64,000 nt of DNA from Eimeria praecox (lineage: Eukaryota). Shown piece by piece: positions 1-13,200 of this stretch; position 1 is the first letter of the stretch, and the number at the start of each line of letters is the position of its first letter. The notes beneath the pieces were generated by a model. The model was not told where the DNA came from, did not search any database, and saw nothing but the letters and a program-made list of their open reading frames with translations. Made by a program: the position numbers and the translations under genes. The stretch spans positions 4,836,001 to 4,900,000 of the forward strand of contig OY986946.1 in the NCBI GenBank assembly GCA_963920595.1, read 5' to 3'.

Positions 1-284
1 GCTGCGAAGAGTATTTACTGCCTCACCTCCTGCACACATGTTCAGAGTCTGCATGCAGACTGACTCGACCCTAATGAGCGAGACAACACCAAAGCCAATC
101 TTGCACCTAATCTAGTTCACATGCGCGAAAAGCATGTCATCGAATCTTACTCTCGCGCCATGCCGTTAGCAATGCCACCCTTTGAGCGACAGCCCTTGCC
201 TCCGAAGCCAGAAAACGTGCACACTAGCCACGCCTTTCTGCTTCTTAAATGCCTTCATGATATCCCATGCATCTGGCCGTCAGT
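1..284. repeat. Left flank of array A, duplicated at 52595-52878 (runs off the window start)
   Basis: gctgcgaagagtatttactgcc at 1 recurs at 52595. The 92-aa ORF at 121 is identical to the one at 52715 (offset 52594). Confidence 0.97.
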
Positions 285-3200
285 GCTGACTGATACGCAT
301 GGAGGCACGTTAACAAGCATACAATTCAAGCTCTCCCGCTTGAAAAATATCTGGCTGGAAGATACCTCAAGAATCTGTGCCACATACGATCCTAGATAAA
401 ACTCGGTGCCTACACCAAAGGCTCAAATGCATCTGTCTACTACGTCCGTCTTGCACACTCCCTCACTACACCAGACGAATCAGAAACTGTACGCGAACCA
501 TTTAAACCGTGCTGCCTCGTCTAGTTCTAGCAGGCATGACTCGTGAGACTTGGCGCATGTGGCTTGCGTTGCGAGGCTAATGAGCATTACATTTTCAGCA
601 CTAGGAAGCACCTCGGTCTACGGCGCTACACAAACAACTAAAAAGGTCAAACTCCTGTGCGAACACCTAGCTGCCCTCCACCCTAAACCTACGTCAGCAG
701 TGTACCCCATTAAGCAAATCGTGGCACCGCGACATCACAAAGTATAGGCAAGCGTCTCGTTAAGAAGTGACGCACGTCCTACAGCACCACCAGGAGCGTC
801 ATAAGCTACACCAGATGTCCCATCCCAGTTACATCCAACCGACAAACTGCTAGTATCCAGGAGCACAGAAAGCGCTGCTGCTTCAGCTTGGGTCTGCTGA
901 AGACAGCGGTTCCTTTTGCATGTCAGGTGCGGCGAAAAAACGATATGCTTAATCGTACAAGGTGCTTCTTTACGCTCCAGGCCCCGCCATGCGAACAGAC
1001 GCATCTCCCACGCACAGGTGAGTCCAAGCAAATCCATATCAAGGCATTTCACACATAGCTTGCCCCGCGGCAATTGCAGAGCATTCTAATTCATTTTGCA
1101 CAGCATGGCTGGTTTTATAGAGTGACCCTGTTGGCAATTTCTCCTTGTTGGTGTATGCACACTAATAGTTATGTACAAAATCGACGCAGCGCACCAACTG
1201 GAAGGAGCGGCAAACCGTCTACATCTGTACAAATAAGACACTAGCAGGGTGCAGACGGTTTACTTTTCCAAGCGGGCTAACCATTCGTAAGGGCCCTCCT
1301 CAATCACAAACGCCCCACCTAGCAGCGTAGGGCATTCGCGGACAACGGAGTCCAGCGGTAAGTCACAGACAGCCCTGATGTTGTTGGCAGCAGCTATGCC
1401 AAGCTTTCGTAGCAAGCCTTCACGCTGTAAGGCCTGTCAATATCTTGCTCCTTTGCAATAAGCAAAAGATACCACAAACGCTGTCCCAACGCAACAGCTC
1501 TGCAGTTGACTGGCTGTTCCAGCCTCTGCTGTTCCAGCAGAGACTCAGAGTGCCAACTCCGTCTCTCATGGGGCGATCCTCAGTTACACTCACAAGAGCC
1601 GCGCTGCTTCTCAAAGAAGGATTGTTTTGCGTGCAAGGAAAGCGCAGCTAATGAAGCGGCAATTTCTGTTAAACTGCTGAGTGCCAGAAAGGGCCAAATT
1701 GTCCCAACAAACAACGCGGAGTTCGACCTGCATCAGCATCACACCCATCAGCCCCTTGCATTTCAACATGTGCCCGATACGCCTCTATTTGCGCCAGTCC
1801 AAATGCACACCCCTTGATAATCTTCCATCACAGGCATTCACCGAAGCCCTGGATGTGAGACACGCACTTGCTAAAAAACAGTGCAACGGCGGGAATGTTC
1901 CAGTTGCAAGTGTTCGTTATCTTTGCAGTTCACGATCAACTCCATCCAAGCACACGCTCCTTTTACCGTAGTACGTGGTTCTCACGGATGTTCAAGTAAA
2001 ACATCTTGCAAGCTCACCACCTTTAGCAGACTGCTTCTGCTGCTATGCCCAATGCATTTTGCATACACACCCACCTACATCATCGCCTAGCCAGACGTCC
2101 ACAAGTGATGATGAAGCGGTAGAAATGCACGTGCTCGTGCTCGAGTAGTTCAACCGCTGCGCGCCGGCCCCGCGATCTTCTTCAAATGCGCAAACGAGCA
2201 TCTGCGACATAGAGCTGGCATACAGCCAGTTCAAACGAAGCTCTGCTCCCCTTCACTTCGTCTGGCCCAAGAGATACGGCACAACAGCATCTAAGCGCTG
2301 AGCTCCTCCACTATCTATCGTCGTTTCCAATCTGATCACCAAGGACCTTAAGGTCCACTAGAAAAAAAGGCTGGAAAAGGATGCCGCAGCCGAGGGCCCA
2401 AACGACATGGTGCACCTAGCCTTTGGCGTCTTACTGTACACACGACAAGCTACCGGCGGACTTCATGCGGGCCAGCCTCCACCCGCGTGCAGTCACGCTG
2501 CTACACACCCCCACTTCCAAAAACCCTACAATCCTGTGAGCTCAGTAAAGTGCCTGCGATCCTAGCTGAAAATACTGCGACGCTACTCTCGCATGTGCGG
2601 CGTTCTGATTTGAACAGTTGTGTTTTACAGAGACACGCGCTTCCACCGCTCTCCCAGGAGCTACCAGTGCACCAGACAATCTTCGCACTTCCTGCACAAT
2701 ATGAATGCGGGTTGCGCAACTGCCACAATCATGCAAGCAGGCCTATTTCTATCTATATTCTGCTCATGCGCTCGTCGACAGCTCACAGTCACCCCAAACC
2801 CCCTGTCGACAAAACGGCAATCCTCATGCACTGATGAACGCTGACAGCGTATCCTTGACCCCTCCAAAATCCCCGCTATAAACAGGTTCGCTGAAAACGA
2901 CTGTGAATGAGCACACGGACAAGTTTCGCGGCAGATGAAATGGTTTGCCGTGACACGGCCTAAGTGTTGTAGCACCGCGAAATGATGACGGAAGGCTTCC
3001 ACCAGCCTAGACAATTCCGACGCTCCTCATGCAAACGACTCTATGCAAGTCGGGAATGCTCACCTAAAGCGAAGCAGCAGACAGTGGCTCAATGCCGGTG
3101 CGCCAGCTTGCCAACGAACCCCCCCTTCCCAGCTGCTACACAAAGACACCAAACACGCGAAAAACGCAGCCCTGCGCGTGTTCAACAGGAGACCAAAGCG

Positions 3201-5267
3201 TTACACAATTATGATTCCTGGTGCCGCACAGGTGAATGCACTATTCCAAAATGGCTATTTGGGAAGCCGATGCTATCCTCGCGCGACGGCATGCAGCACG
3301 CGCAAATGCCCCAGTGACAGGTTGATGGCTTGCATGCGCACCGAATGCCCCATTTGCACCAGTGCAGCAAGCGACTTGGCGAAACGAGCGATACATCAGG
3401 ACGTGCTTTCCGTGCATGAAACACGCTTTGCTCGGTTTCTCGATCGAGAATGGAGAGGTCCCACTCACGATCTGCGCACAACTCTTACACGAATTGCGAA
3501 GAAAAGGCTAGCAAATGCCCTACGATAAAACGCCATATGCAGCTTCAGTATGCATCTGTTCAAGCAGAAAGCTGGGTTAATTTGAAATGTTGAACAACCC
3601 CAACCTCCACACAAATTTAAGCCCACATATGTAGATTGAATCTGAAACTATATGCTCTGCTATTTAACGAAGCCGCCGAGGGCTCAAATGCACATGCGAG
3701 CCATGCAGCACAATCAGCACTCATATCCACTGACAAGAGCGACTAAAGATCACGCCCCACGTTAGACCTACACTATCAGTATTGTTGGGATAGCACCAGC
3801 AGCAGCACACCTGGAGCTGCTGCGGAGGGCAATTACTGCAAAAAGCAAGTAATTACTACAGCTGCGGGGTGTTAATACACCTGAAAAGCGCCTCTTGCGC
3901 AAAGGCAGAATACCATTCTGCACAGCAAGAGAAGCCAATTCGCCTACGATGCCTTCACTGGCCCAGTTGCCACCTGCTAGGCCTACTGAAGGAAGAATAC
4001 ATTTCATCGGGATACAGAAGCAATCATAAAGTTCTATACACAGTGGGACATGTTTTACACGCCATCGTAGGAGAGCTGAAGGATGCGTGTCAGGCAGATA
4101 GCACCAAACCGAGCTAAGCACGCAGCTGCTTAGCAGCTGTGGCCGCGCCAGTCCAACAGCCTTGGGATAGCACACACCAATACGCATAGTCGAGGACTAC
4201 GACAAATATGCAGAACTGTTGAAAAAGCGCTGTGGCCATTTCCTGCCAGAGCAGGGCAACGTACTGCCGCATCCGCAATTCATTAAACTTCTGACGCTTA
4301 AACAAGTGCCACATTGACTTGATACTACTAGCGATGCCCATGGCCGGTCGCAAATCAGTTTCTATACTGGAAGCGTATTGGGACCGAATCCAAAGAACAA
4401 CATACCCTCTGACAGCACAAAGGCGACGTTCCATGAGAACCGAGAGAGATGTGTGCTACTGCACGTTATGCAGCAAAGGACAAGCACGCATAGACTGAAA
4501 AGTATTGCTCAGAGAATGCAGCCGTGAACTTCGCTCGCTTGAAAACCTGCAAGCAATTCGCCTACACTCACCCCCCCATATTTGATGCCCCCGCAAGAAA
4601 CTCGTTGCAGTGCGGGCTCTATCAGGTTGAAACCTCAAGGCACAAACAATGGGTAGTTGTGCAAAATTCAGTTGTTCTATCCGTCGTCTTAAAACCGACA
4701 AACCTTTCCGCAGCTCTAGAGACGAACTCCGGCGCATCCGCCTGCTTTGATTCAGCGTAACAAACCAAATCCGCATCCAATACGCATTGGCCGTGTTCCA
4801 AACCGTCTCTGCCCCTGCGCAGATTACTTATTTGCAATGCACCACACTGCCGGCTGTGCTGTTGGCTCTACAGTGTTGTCTACCGATAGGTAGCAGGCGC
4901 GTAGCTGGAGCACCGGGCAAGGCAGTCTGCAAACGCCGATTCGCCCTTTGTTCCAACTCACTGCCTGAATGTAAGGGTACCACCCAACAGACACAGTCTA
5001 CGGCAGTCATTTTAAAATCATTGTCAACAAAGTGCAAAACCAGGCCAGATAAAGCGGCTGCTTACATGCACCAGCCGACGCTCGCCCAACATGCCATACA
5101 CACATACTTCAAATCTACGCCTGATACTGGCACAGCAAGGCGCGAACAATGCTACCTTCTGCCAGTGCGCATGCAGCTAAAATGATTTCCCAATAGAGCC
5201 CATTATTTGTTGGAGGCTTTAGGATCCTCGAATGCTCCACAACACCCCCCTGCAGTCCGGTGTCAAC
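285..5267. repeat. Unit A1 (4983 bp)
   Basis: Marker ORFs at 550, 2487, 3043 and 4787. Shares the edge variant ttgaaaaatatctgg with B1 only. Confidence 0.95.
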
Positions 5268-8200
5268 GCTGATTGATACGCATGGAGGCACGTTAACAAG
5301 CATACAATTCAAGCTCTCCCGCTTGCAAAATACCTGGCTGGAAGATACCTCAAGAATCTGTGCCACATACGATCCTAGATAAAACTCGGTGCCTACACCA
5401 AAGGCTCAAATGCATCTGTCTACTACGTCCGTCTTGCACACTCCCTCACTACTCCAGACGAATCAGAAACTGTACGCGAACCATTTAAACCGTGCTGCCT
5501 CGTCTAGTTCTAGCAGGCGTGACTCGTGAGACTTGGCGCATGTTTCTTGCGCGGCGAGGCTAATGAGCATTACATTTTCAGCACTAGGAAGCACCTCGGT
5601 CTACGGCGTTACACAAACCACTAAAAAGGTCAAACTCCTGTGCGAACACCTAGCTGCCCTCCATCCTAAACCTACGTCAGCAGTTTACCCCATTGTGCAA
5701 ATCGTGGCACCGCGACATCACAAAGTATAGGCAAGCGTCTCGTTAGGAAGTGACGCACGTCCTACAGCACCACCAGGAGCGTCATAAGCTACACCAGATG
5801 TCCCATCCCAGTTACATCCAACCGACAAACTGCTAGTATCCAGGAGCACAGAAAGCGCTGCTGCTTCAGCTTGGGTCTGCTGAAGACAGCGGTTCCTTTT
5901 GCATGTCAGGTGCGGCGAAAAAACGATATGCTTAATCGTACAAGGTGCTTCTTTACGCTCCAGGCCCCGCCATGCGAACAGACGCATCTCCCACGCACAG
6001 GTGAGTCCAAGCAAATCCATATCAAGGCGTTTCACACATAGCTTGCCCCGCGGCAATTGCAGAGCATTCTAATTCATTTTGCACAGCATGGCTGGTTTTA
6101 TAGAGTGACCCTGTTGGCAATTTCTCCTTGTTGGTGTATGCACACTAATAGTTATGTACAAAATCGACGCAGCGCACCAACTGGAAGGAGCGGCAAACCG
6201 TCTACATCTGTACAAATAAGACACTAGCAGGGTGCAGACGGTTTACTTTTCCAAGCGGGCTAACCATTCGTAAGGGCCCTCCTCAATCACAAACGCCCCA
6301 CCTAGCAGCGTAGGGCATTCGCGGACAACGGAGTCCAGCGGTAAGTCACAGACAGCCCTGATGTTGTTGGCAGCAGCTATGCCAAGCTTTCGTAGCAAGC
6401 CTTCACGCTGTAAGGCCTGTCAATATCTTGCTCCTTTGCAATAAGCAAAAGATACCACAAACGCTGTCCCAACGCAACAGCTCTGCAGTTGACTGGCTGT
6501 TCCAGCCTCTGCTGTTCCAGCAGAGACTCAGAGTGCCAACTCCGTCTCTCATGGGGCGATCCTCAGTTACACTCACAAGAGCCTCGCTGCTTCTCAAAGA
6601 AGGATTGTTTTGCGTGCAAGGAAAGCGCAGCTAATGAAGTGGCAATTTCTGTTAAACTGCTGAGTGCCAGAAAGGGCCAAATTGTCCCAACAAACAACGC
6701 GGAGTTCGACCTGCATCAGCATCACACCCATCAGCCCCTTGCATTTCAACATGTGCCCGATACGCCTCTATTTGCGCCAGTCCAAATGCACACCCCTTGA
6801 TAATCTTCCATCACAGGCATTCACCGAAGCCCTGGATGTGAGACACGCACTTGCTAAAAAACAGTGCAACGGCGGGAATGTTCCAGTTGCAAGTGTTCGT
6901 TATCTTTGCAGTTCACGATCAACTCCATCCAAGCACACGCTCCTTTTACCGTAGTACGTGGTTCTCACGGATGTTCAAGTAAAACATCTTGCAAGCTCAC
7001 CACTTTTAGCAGACTGCTTCTGCTGCCATGCCCAATGCATTTTGCATACACCCACCTACATCATCGCCTAGCCAGACGTCCACAAGTGATGATGAAGCAG
7101 CAGATATGCACGTGCTCGTGCTCGAGTAGTTCAACCGCTGCGCGCCGGCCCCGCGATCTTCTTCAAATGCGCAAACGAGCATCTGCGACATAGAGCTGGC
7201 ATACAGCCAGTTCAAACGAAGCTCTGCTCCCCTTCACTTCGTCTGGCCCAAGAGATACGGCACAACAGCATCTAAGCGCTGAGCTCCTCCACTCTCTATC
7301 GTCGTTTCCAATCTGATCACCAAGGACCTTAAGGTCCACTAGAAAAAAAGGCTGGAAAAGGATGCCGCAGCCGAGGGCCCAAACGACATGGTGCACCTAG
7401 CCTTTGGCGTCTTACTGTACACACGACAAGCTACCGGCGGAGTTCATGCGGGCCAGCCTCCACCCGCGTGCAGTCACGCTGCTACACACCCCCACTTCCA
7501 AAAACCCTACAATCCTGTGAGCTCAGTAAAGTGCCTGCGATCCTAGCTGAAAATACTGCGACGCTACTCTCGCATGTGCGGCGTTCTGATTTGAACAGTT
7601 GTGTTTTACAGAGACACGCGCTTCCACCGCTCTCCCAGGAGCTAACAGTGCACCAGACAATCTTCGCACTTCCTGCACAATATGAATGCGGGTTGCGCAA
7701 CTGCCACAATCATGCAAGCAGGCCTATTTCTATCTATATTCTGCTCATGCGCTCGTCGACAGCTCACAGTCACCCCAAACCCCCTGTCGACAAAACGGCA
7801 ATCCTCATGCACTGATGAACGCTGACAGCGTATCCTTGACCCCTCCAAAATCCCCGCTATAAACAGGTTCGCTGAAAACGACTGTGAATGAGCACACGGA
7901 CAAGTTTCGCGGCAGATGAAATGGTTTGCCGTGACACGGCCTAAGTGTTGTAGCACCGCGAAATGATGACGGAAGGCTTCCACCAGCCTAGACAATTCCG
8001 ACGCTCCTCATGCAAACGACTCTATGCAAGTCGGGAATGCTCACCTAAAGCGAAGCAGCAGACAGTGGCTCAATGCCGGTGCGCCAGCTCGCCAACGAAC
8101 CCCCCCTTCCCAGCTGCTACACAAAGACACCAAACACGCGAAAAACGCAGCCCTGCGCGTGTTCAACAGGAGACCAAAGCGTTACACAATTATGATTCCT

Positions 8201-10249
8201 GGTGCCGCACAGGTGAATGCACTATTCCAAAATGGCTATTTGGGAAGCCGATGCTATCCTCGCGCGACGGCATGCAGCACGCGCAAATGCCCCAGTGACA
8301 GGTTGATGGCTTGCATGCGCACCGAATGCCCCATTTGCACCAGTGCAGCAAGCGACTTGGCGAAACGAGCGATACATCAGGACGTGCTTTCCGTGCATGA
8401 AACACGCTTTGCTCGGTTTCTCGATCGAGAATGGAGAGGTCCCACTCACGATCTGCGCACAACTCTTACACGAATTGCGAAGAAAAGGCTAGCAAATGCC
8501 CTACGATAAAACGCCATATGCAGCTTCAGTATGCATCTGTTCAAGCAGAAAGCTGGGTTAATTTGAAATGTTGAACAACCCCAACCTCCACACAAATTTA
8601 AGCCCACATATGTAGATTGAATCTGAAACTATATGCTCTGCTATTTAACGAAGCCGCCGAGGGCTCAAATGCACATGCGAGCCATGCAGCACAATCAGCA
8701 TTCATATCCACTGACAAGAGCGACTAAAGATCACGCCCCACGTTAGACCTACACTATCAGTATTGTTGGGATAGCACCAGCAGCAGCACACCTGGAGCTG
8801 CTGCGGAGGGCAATTACTGCAAAAAGCAAGTAATTACTACAGCTGCGGGGTGTTAATACACCTGAAAAGCGCCTCTTGCGCAAAGGCAGAATACTATTCT
8901 GCACAGCAAGAGAAGCCAATTCGCCTACGATGCCTTCACTGGCCCAGTTGCCACCTGCTAGGCCTACTGAAGGAAGAATACATTTCATCGGGATACAGAA
9001 GCAATCATAAAGTTCTATACACAGTGGGACATGTTTTACACGCCATCGTAGGAGAGCTGAAGGATGCGTGTCAGGCAGATAGCACCAAACCGAGCTAAGC
9101 ACGCAGCTGCTTAGCAGCTGTGGCCGCGCCAGTCCAACAGCCTTGGGATAGCACACACCAATACGCATAGTCGAGGACTACGACAAATATGCAGAACTGT
9201 TGAAAAAGCGCTGTGGCCATTTCCTGCCAGAGCAGGGCAACGTACTGCCGCATCCGCAATTCATTAAACTTCTGACGCTTAAACAAGTGCCACATTGACT
9301 TGATACTACTAGCGATGCCCATGGCCGGTCGCAAATCAGTTTCTATACTGGAAGCGTATTGGGACCGAATCCAAAGAACAACATACCTTCTGGCAGCACA
9401 AAGGCGACGCTCCATGAGAGCCGAGAGAGATGTGTGCTACTGCACGTTATGCAGCAAAGGACAAGCACGCATAGACTGAAAAGTATTGCTCAGAGAATGC
9501 AGCCGTGAACTTCGCTCGCTTGAAAACCCTAAACCCTAAACCCTAAACCCTAAACCCCCATATTTGATGCCCCCGCAAGAAACTCGTTGCAGTGCGGGCT
9601 CTATCAGGTTGAAACCTCAAGGCACAAACAATGGGTAGTTGTGTAAAATTCAGTTGTTCTATCCGTCGTCTTAAAACCGACAAACCTTTCCGCAGCTCTA
9701 GAGACGAACTCCGGCGCATCCGCCTGCTTTGATTCAGCGTAACAAACCAAATCCGCATCCAATACGCATTGGCCGTGTTCCAAACCGTCTCTGCCCCTGC
9801 GCAGATTACTTATTTGCAATGCACCACACTGCCGGCTGTGCTGTTGGCTCTACAGTGTTGTCTACCGATAGGTAGCAGGCGCGTAGCTGGAGCACCGGGC
9901 AAGGCAGTCTGCAAACGCCGATTCGCCCTTTGTTCCAACTCACTGCCTGAATGTAAGGGTACCACCCAACAGACACAGTCTACGGCAGTCATTTTAAAAT
10001 CATTGTCAACAAAGTGCAAAACCAGGCCAGATAAAGCGGCTGCTTACATGCACCAGCCGACGCTCGCCCAACATGCCATACACACATACTTCAAATCTAC
10101 GCCTGATACTGGCACAGCAAGGCGCGAACAATGCTACCTTCTGCCAGTGCGCATGCAGCTAAAATGATTTCCCAATATAGCCCATTATTTGTTGGAGGCT
10201 TTAGGATCCTCGAATGCTCCACAACACCCCCCTGCAGTCCGGTGTCAAC
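5268..10249. repeat. Unit A2 (4982 bp), carries telomeric patch
   Basis: Marker ORFs at 5533, 7468, 8024 and 9769. Confidence 0.95.
9524..9557 (+). repeat. Interstitial telomere-type repeat (AAACCCT)4 AAACCC
   Basis: Read directly: aaaccct aaaccct aaaccct aaaccct aaaccc. This is the reverse complement of TTTAGGG. Confidence 0.97.
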
Positions 10250-13200
10250 GCTGATTGATACGCATGGAGGCACGTTAACAAGCATACAATTCAAGCTCTC
10301 CCGCTTGCAAAATACCTGGCTGGAAGATACCTCAAGAATCTGTGCCACATACGATCCTAGATAAAACTCGGTGCCTACACCAAAGGCTCAAATGCATCTG
10401 TCTACTACGTCCGTCTTGCACACTCCCTCACTACTCCAGACGAATCAGAAACTGTACGCGAACCATTTAAACCGTGCTGCCTCGTCTAGTTCTAGCAGGC
10501 GTGACTCGTGAGACTTGGCGCATGTTTCTTGCGCGGCGAGGCTAATGAGCATTACATTTTCAGCACTAGGAAGCACCTCGGTCTACGGCGTTACACAAAC
10601 CACTAAAAAGGTCAAACTCCTGTGCGAACACCTAGCTGCCCTCCATCCTAAACCTACGTCAGCAGTTTACCCCATTGTGCAAATCGTGGCACCGCGACAT
10701 CACAAAGTATAGGCAAGCGTCTCGTTAGGAAGTGACGCACGTCCTACAGCACCACCAGGAGCGTCATAAGCTACACCAGATGTCCCATCCCAGTTACATC
10801 CAACCGACAAACTGCTAGTATCCAGGAGCACAGAAAGCGCTGCTGCTTCAGCTTGGGTCTGCTGAAGACAGCGGTTCCTTTTGCATGTCAGGTGCGGCGA
10901 AAAAACGATATGCTTAATCGTACAAGGTGCTTCTTTACGCTCCAGGCCCCGCCATGCGAACAGACGCATCTCCCACGCACAGGTGAGTCCAAGCAAATCC
11001 ATATCAAGGCGTTTCACACATAGCTTGCCCCGCGGCAATTGCAGAGCATTCTAATTCATTTTGCACAGCATGGCTGGTTTTATAGAGTGACCCTGTTGGC
11101 AATTTCTCCTTGTTGGTGTATGCACACTAATAGTTATGTACAAAATCGACGCAGCGCACCAACTGGAAGGAGCGGCAAACCGTCTACATCTGTACAAATA
11201 AGACACTAGCAGGGTGCAGACGGTTTACTTTTCCAAGCGGGCTAACCATTCGTAAGGGCCCTCCTCAATCACAAACGCCCCACCTAGCAGCGTAGGGCAT
11301 TCGCGGACAACGGAGTCCAGCGGTAAGTCACAGACAGCCCTGATGTTGTTGGCAGCAGCTATGCCAAGCTTTCGTAGCAAGCCTTCACGCTGTAAGGCCT
11401 GTCAATATCTTGCTCCTTTGCAATAAGCAAAAGATACCACAAACGCTGTCCCAACGCAACAGCTCTGCAGTTGACTGGCTGTTCCAGCCTCTGCTGTTCC
11501 AGCAGAGACTCAGAGTGCCAACTCCGTCTCTCATGGGGCGATCCTCAGTTACACTCACAAGAGCCTCGCTGCTTCTCAAAGAAGGATTGTTTTGCGTGCA
11601 AGGAAAGCGCAGCTAATGAAGTGGCAATTTCTGTTAAACTGCTGAGTGCCAGAAAGGGCCAAATTGTCCCAACAAACAACGCGGAGTTCGACCTGCATCA
11701 GCATCACACCCATCAGCCCCTTGCATTTCAACATGTGCCCGATACGCCTCTATTTGCGCCAGTCCAAATGCACACCCCTTGATAATCTTCCATCACAGGC
11801 ATTCACCGAAGCCCTGGATGTGAGACACGCACTTGCTAAAAAACAGTGCAACGGCGGGAATGTTCCAGTTGCAAGTGTTCGTTATCTTTGCAGTTCACGA
11901 TCAACTCCATCCAAGCACACGCTCCTTTTACCGTAGTACGTGGTTCTCACGGATGTTCAAGTAAAACATCTTGCAAGCTCACCACTTTTAGCAGACTGCT
12001 TCTGCTGCCATGCCCAATGCATTTTGCATACACCCACCTACATCATCGCCTAGCCAGACGTCCACAAGTGATGATGAAGCAGCAGATATGCACGTGCTCG
12101 TGCTCGAGTAGTTCAACCGCTGCGCGCCGGCCCCGCGATCTTCTTCAAATGCGCAAACGAGCATCTGCGACATAGAGCTGGCATACAGCCAGTTCAAACG
12201 AAGCTCTGCTCCCCTTCACTTCGTCTGGCCCAAGAGATACGGCACAACAGCATCTAAGCGCTGAGCTCCTCCACTCTCTATCGTCGTTTCCAATCTGATC
12301 ACCAAGGACCTTAAGGTCCACTAGAAAAAAAGGCTGGAAAAGGATGCCGCAGCCGAGGGCCCAAACGACATGGTGCACCTAGCCTTTGGCGTCTTACTGT
12401 ACACACGACAAGCTACCGGCGGAGTTCATGCGGGCCAGCCTCCACCCGCGTGCAGTCACGCTGCTACACACCCCCACTTCCAAAAACCCTACAATCCTGT
12501 GAGCTCAGTAAAGTGCCTGCGATCCTAGCTGAAAATACTGCAACGCTACTCTCGCATGTGCGGCGTTCTGATTTGAACAGTTGTGTTTTACAGAGACACG
12601 CGCTTCCACCGCTCTCCCAGGAGCTACCAGTGCACCAGACAATCTTCGCACTTTCTGCACAATATGAATGCGGGTTGCGCAACTGCCACAATCATGCAAG
12701 CAGGCCTATTTCTATCTATATTCTGCTCATGCGCTCGTCGACAGCTCACAGTCACCCCAAACCCCCTGTCGACAAAACGGCAGTCCTCATGCACTGATGA
12801 ACGCTGACAGCGTATCCTTGACCCCTCCAAAATCCCCGCTATAAACAGGTTCGCTGAAAACGACTGTGAATGAGCACACGGACAAGTTTCGCGGCAGATG
12901 AAATGGTTTGCCGTGACACGGCCTAAGTGTTGTAGCACCACGAAATGATGACGGAAGGCTTCCACCAGCCTAGACAATTCCGACGCTCCTCATGCAAACG
13001 ACTCTATGCAAGTCGGGAATGCTCACCTAAAGCGAAGCAGCAGACAGTGGCTCAATGCCGGTGCGCCAGCTTGCCAACGAACCCCCCCTTCCCAGCTGCT
13101 ACACAAAGACACCAAACACGCGAAAAACGCAGCCCTGCGCGTGTTCAACAGGAGACCAAAGCGTTACACAATTATGATTCCTGGTGCCGCACAGGTGAAT

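Noticed and set aside
1015..1365. Splice donors GTGAGT (1018) and GTAAGT (1358) as evidence of a spliced gene in the unit
   Set aside because: About one of each hexamer is expected by chance per 5 kb strand. B2 has GTGACT at the first site, and I could not assemble a coherent exon chain.
550..5366. Recurrent 60-160 aa ORFs in the 5 kb unit as protein-coding genes
   Set aside because: They recur only because the DNA is repeated. They overlap in several frames, many lack ATG starts, and variants between units are mostly non-synonymous or break the frame.
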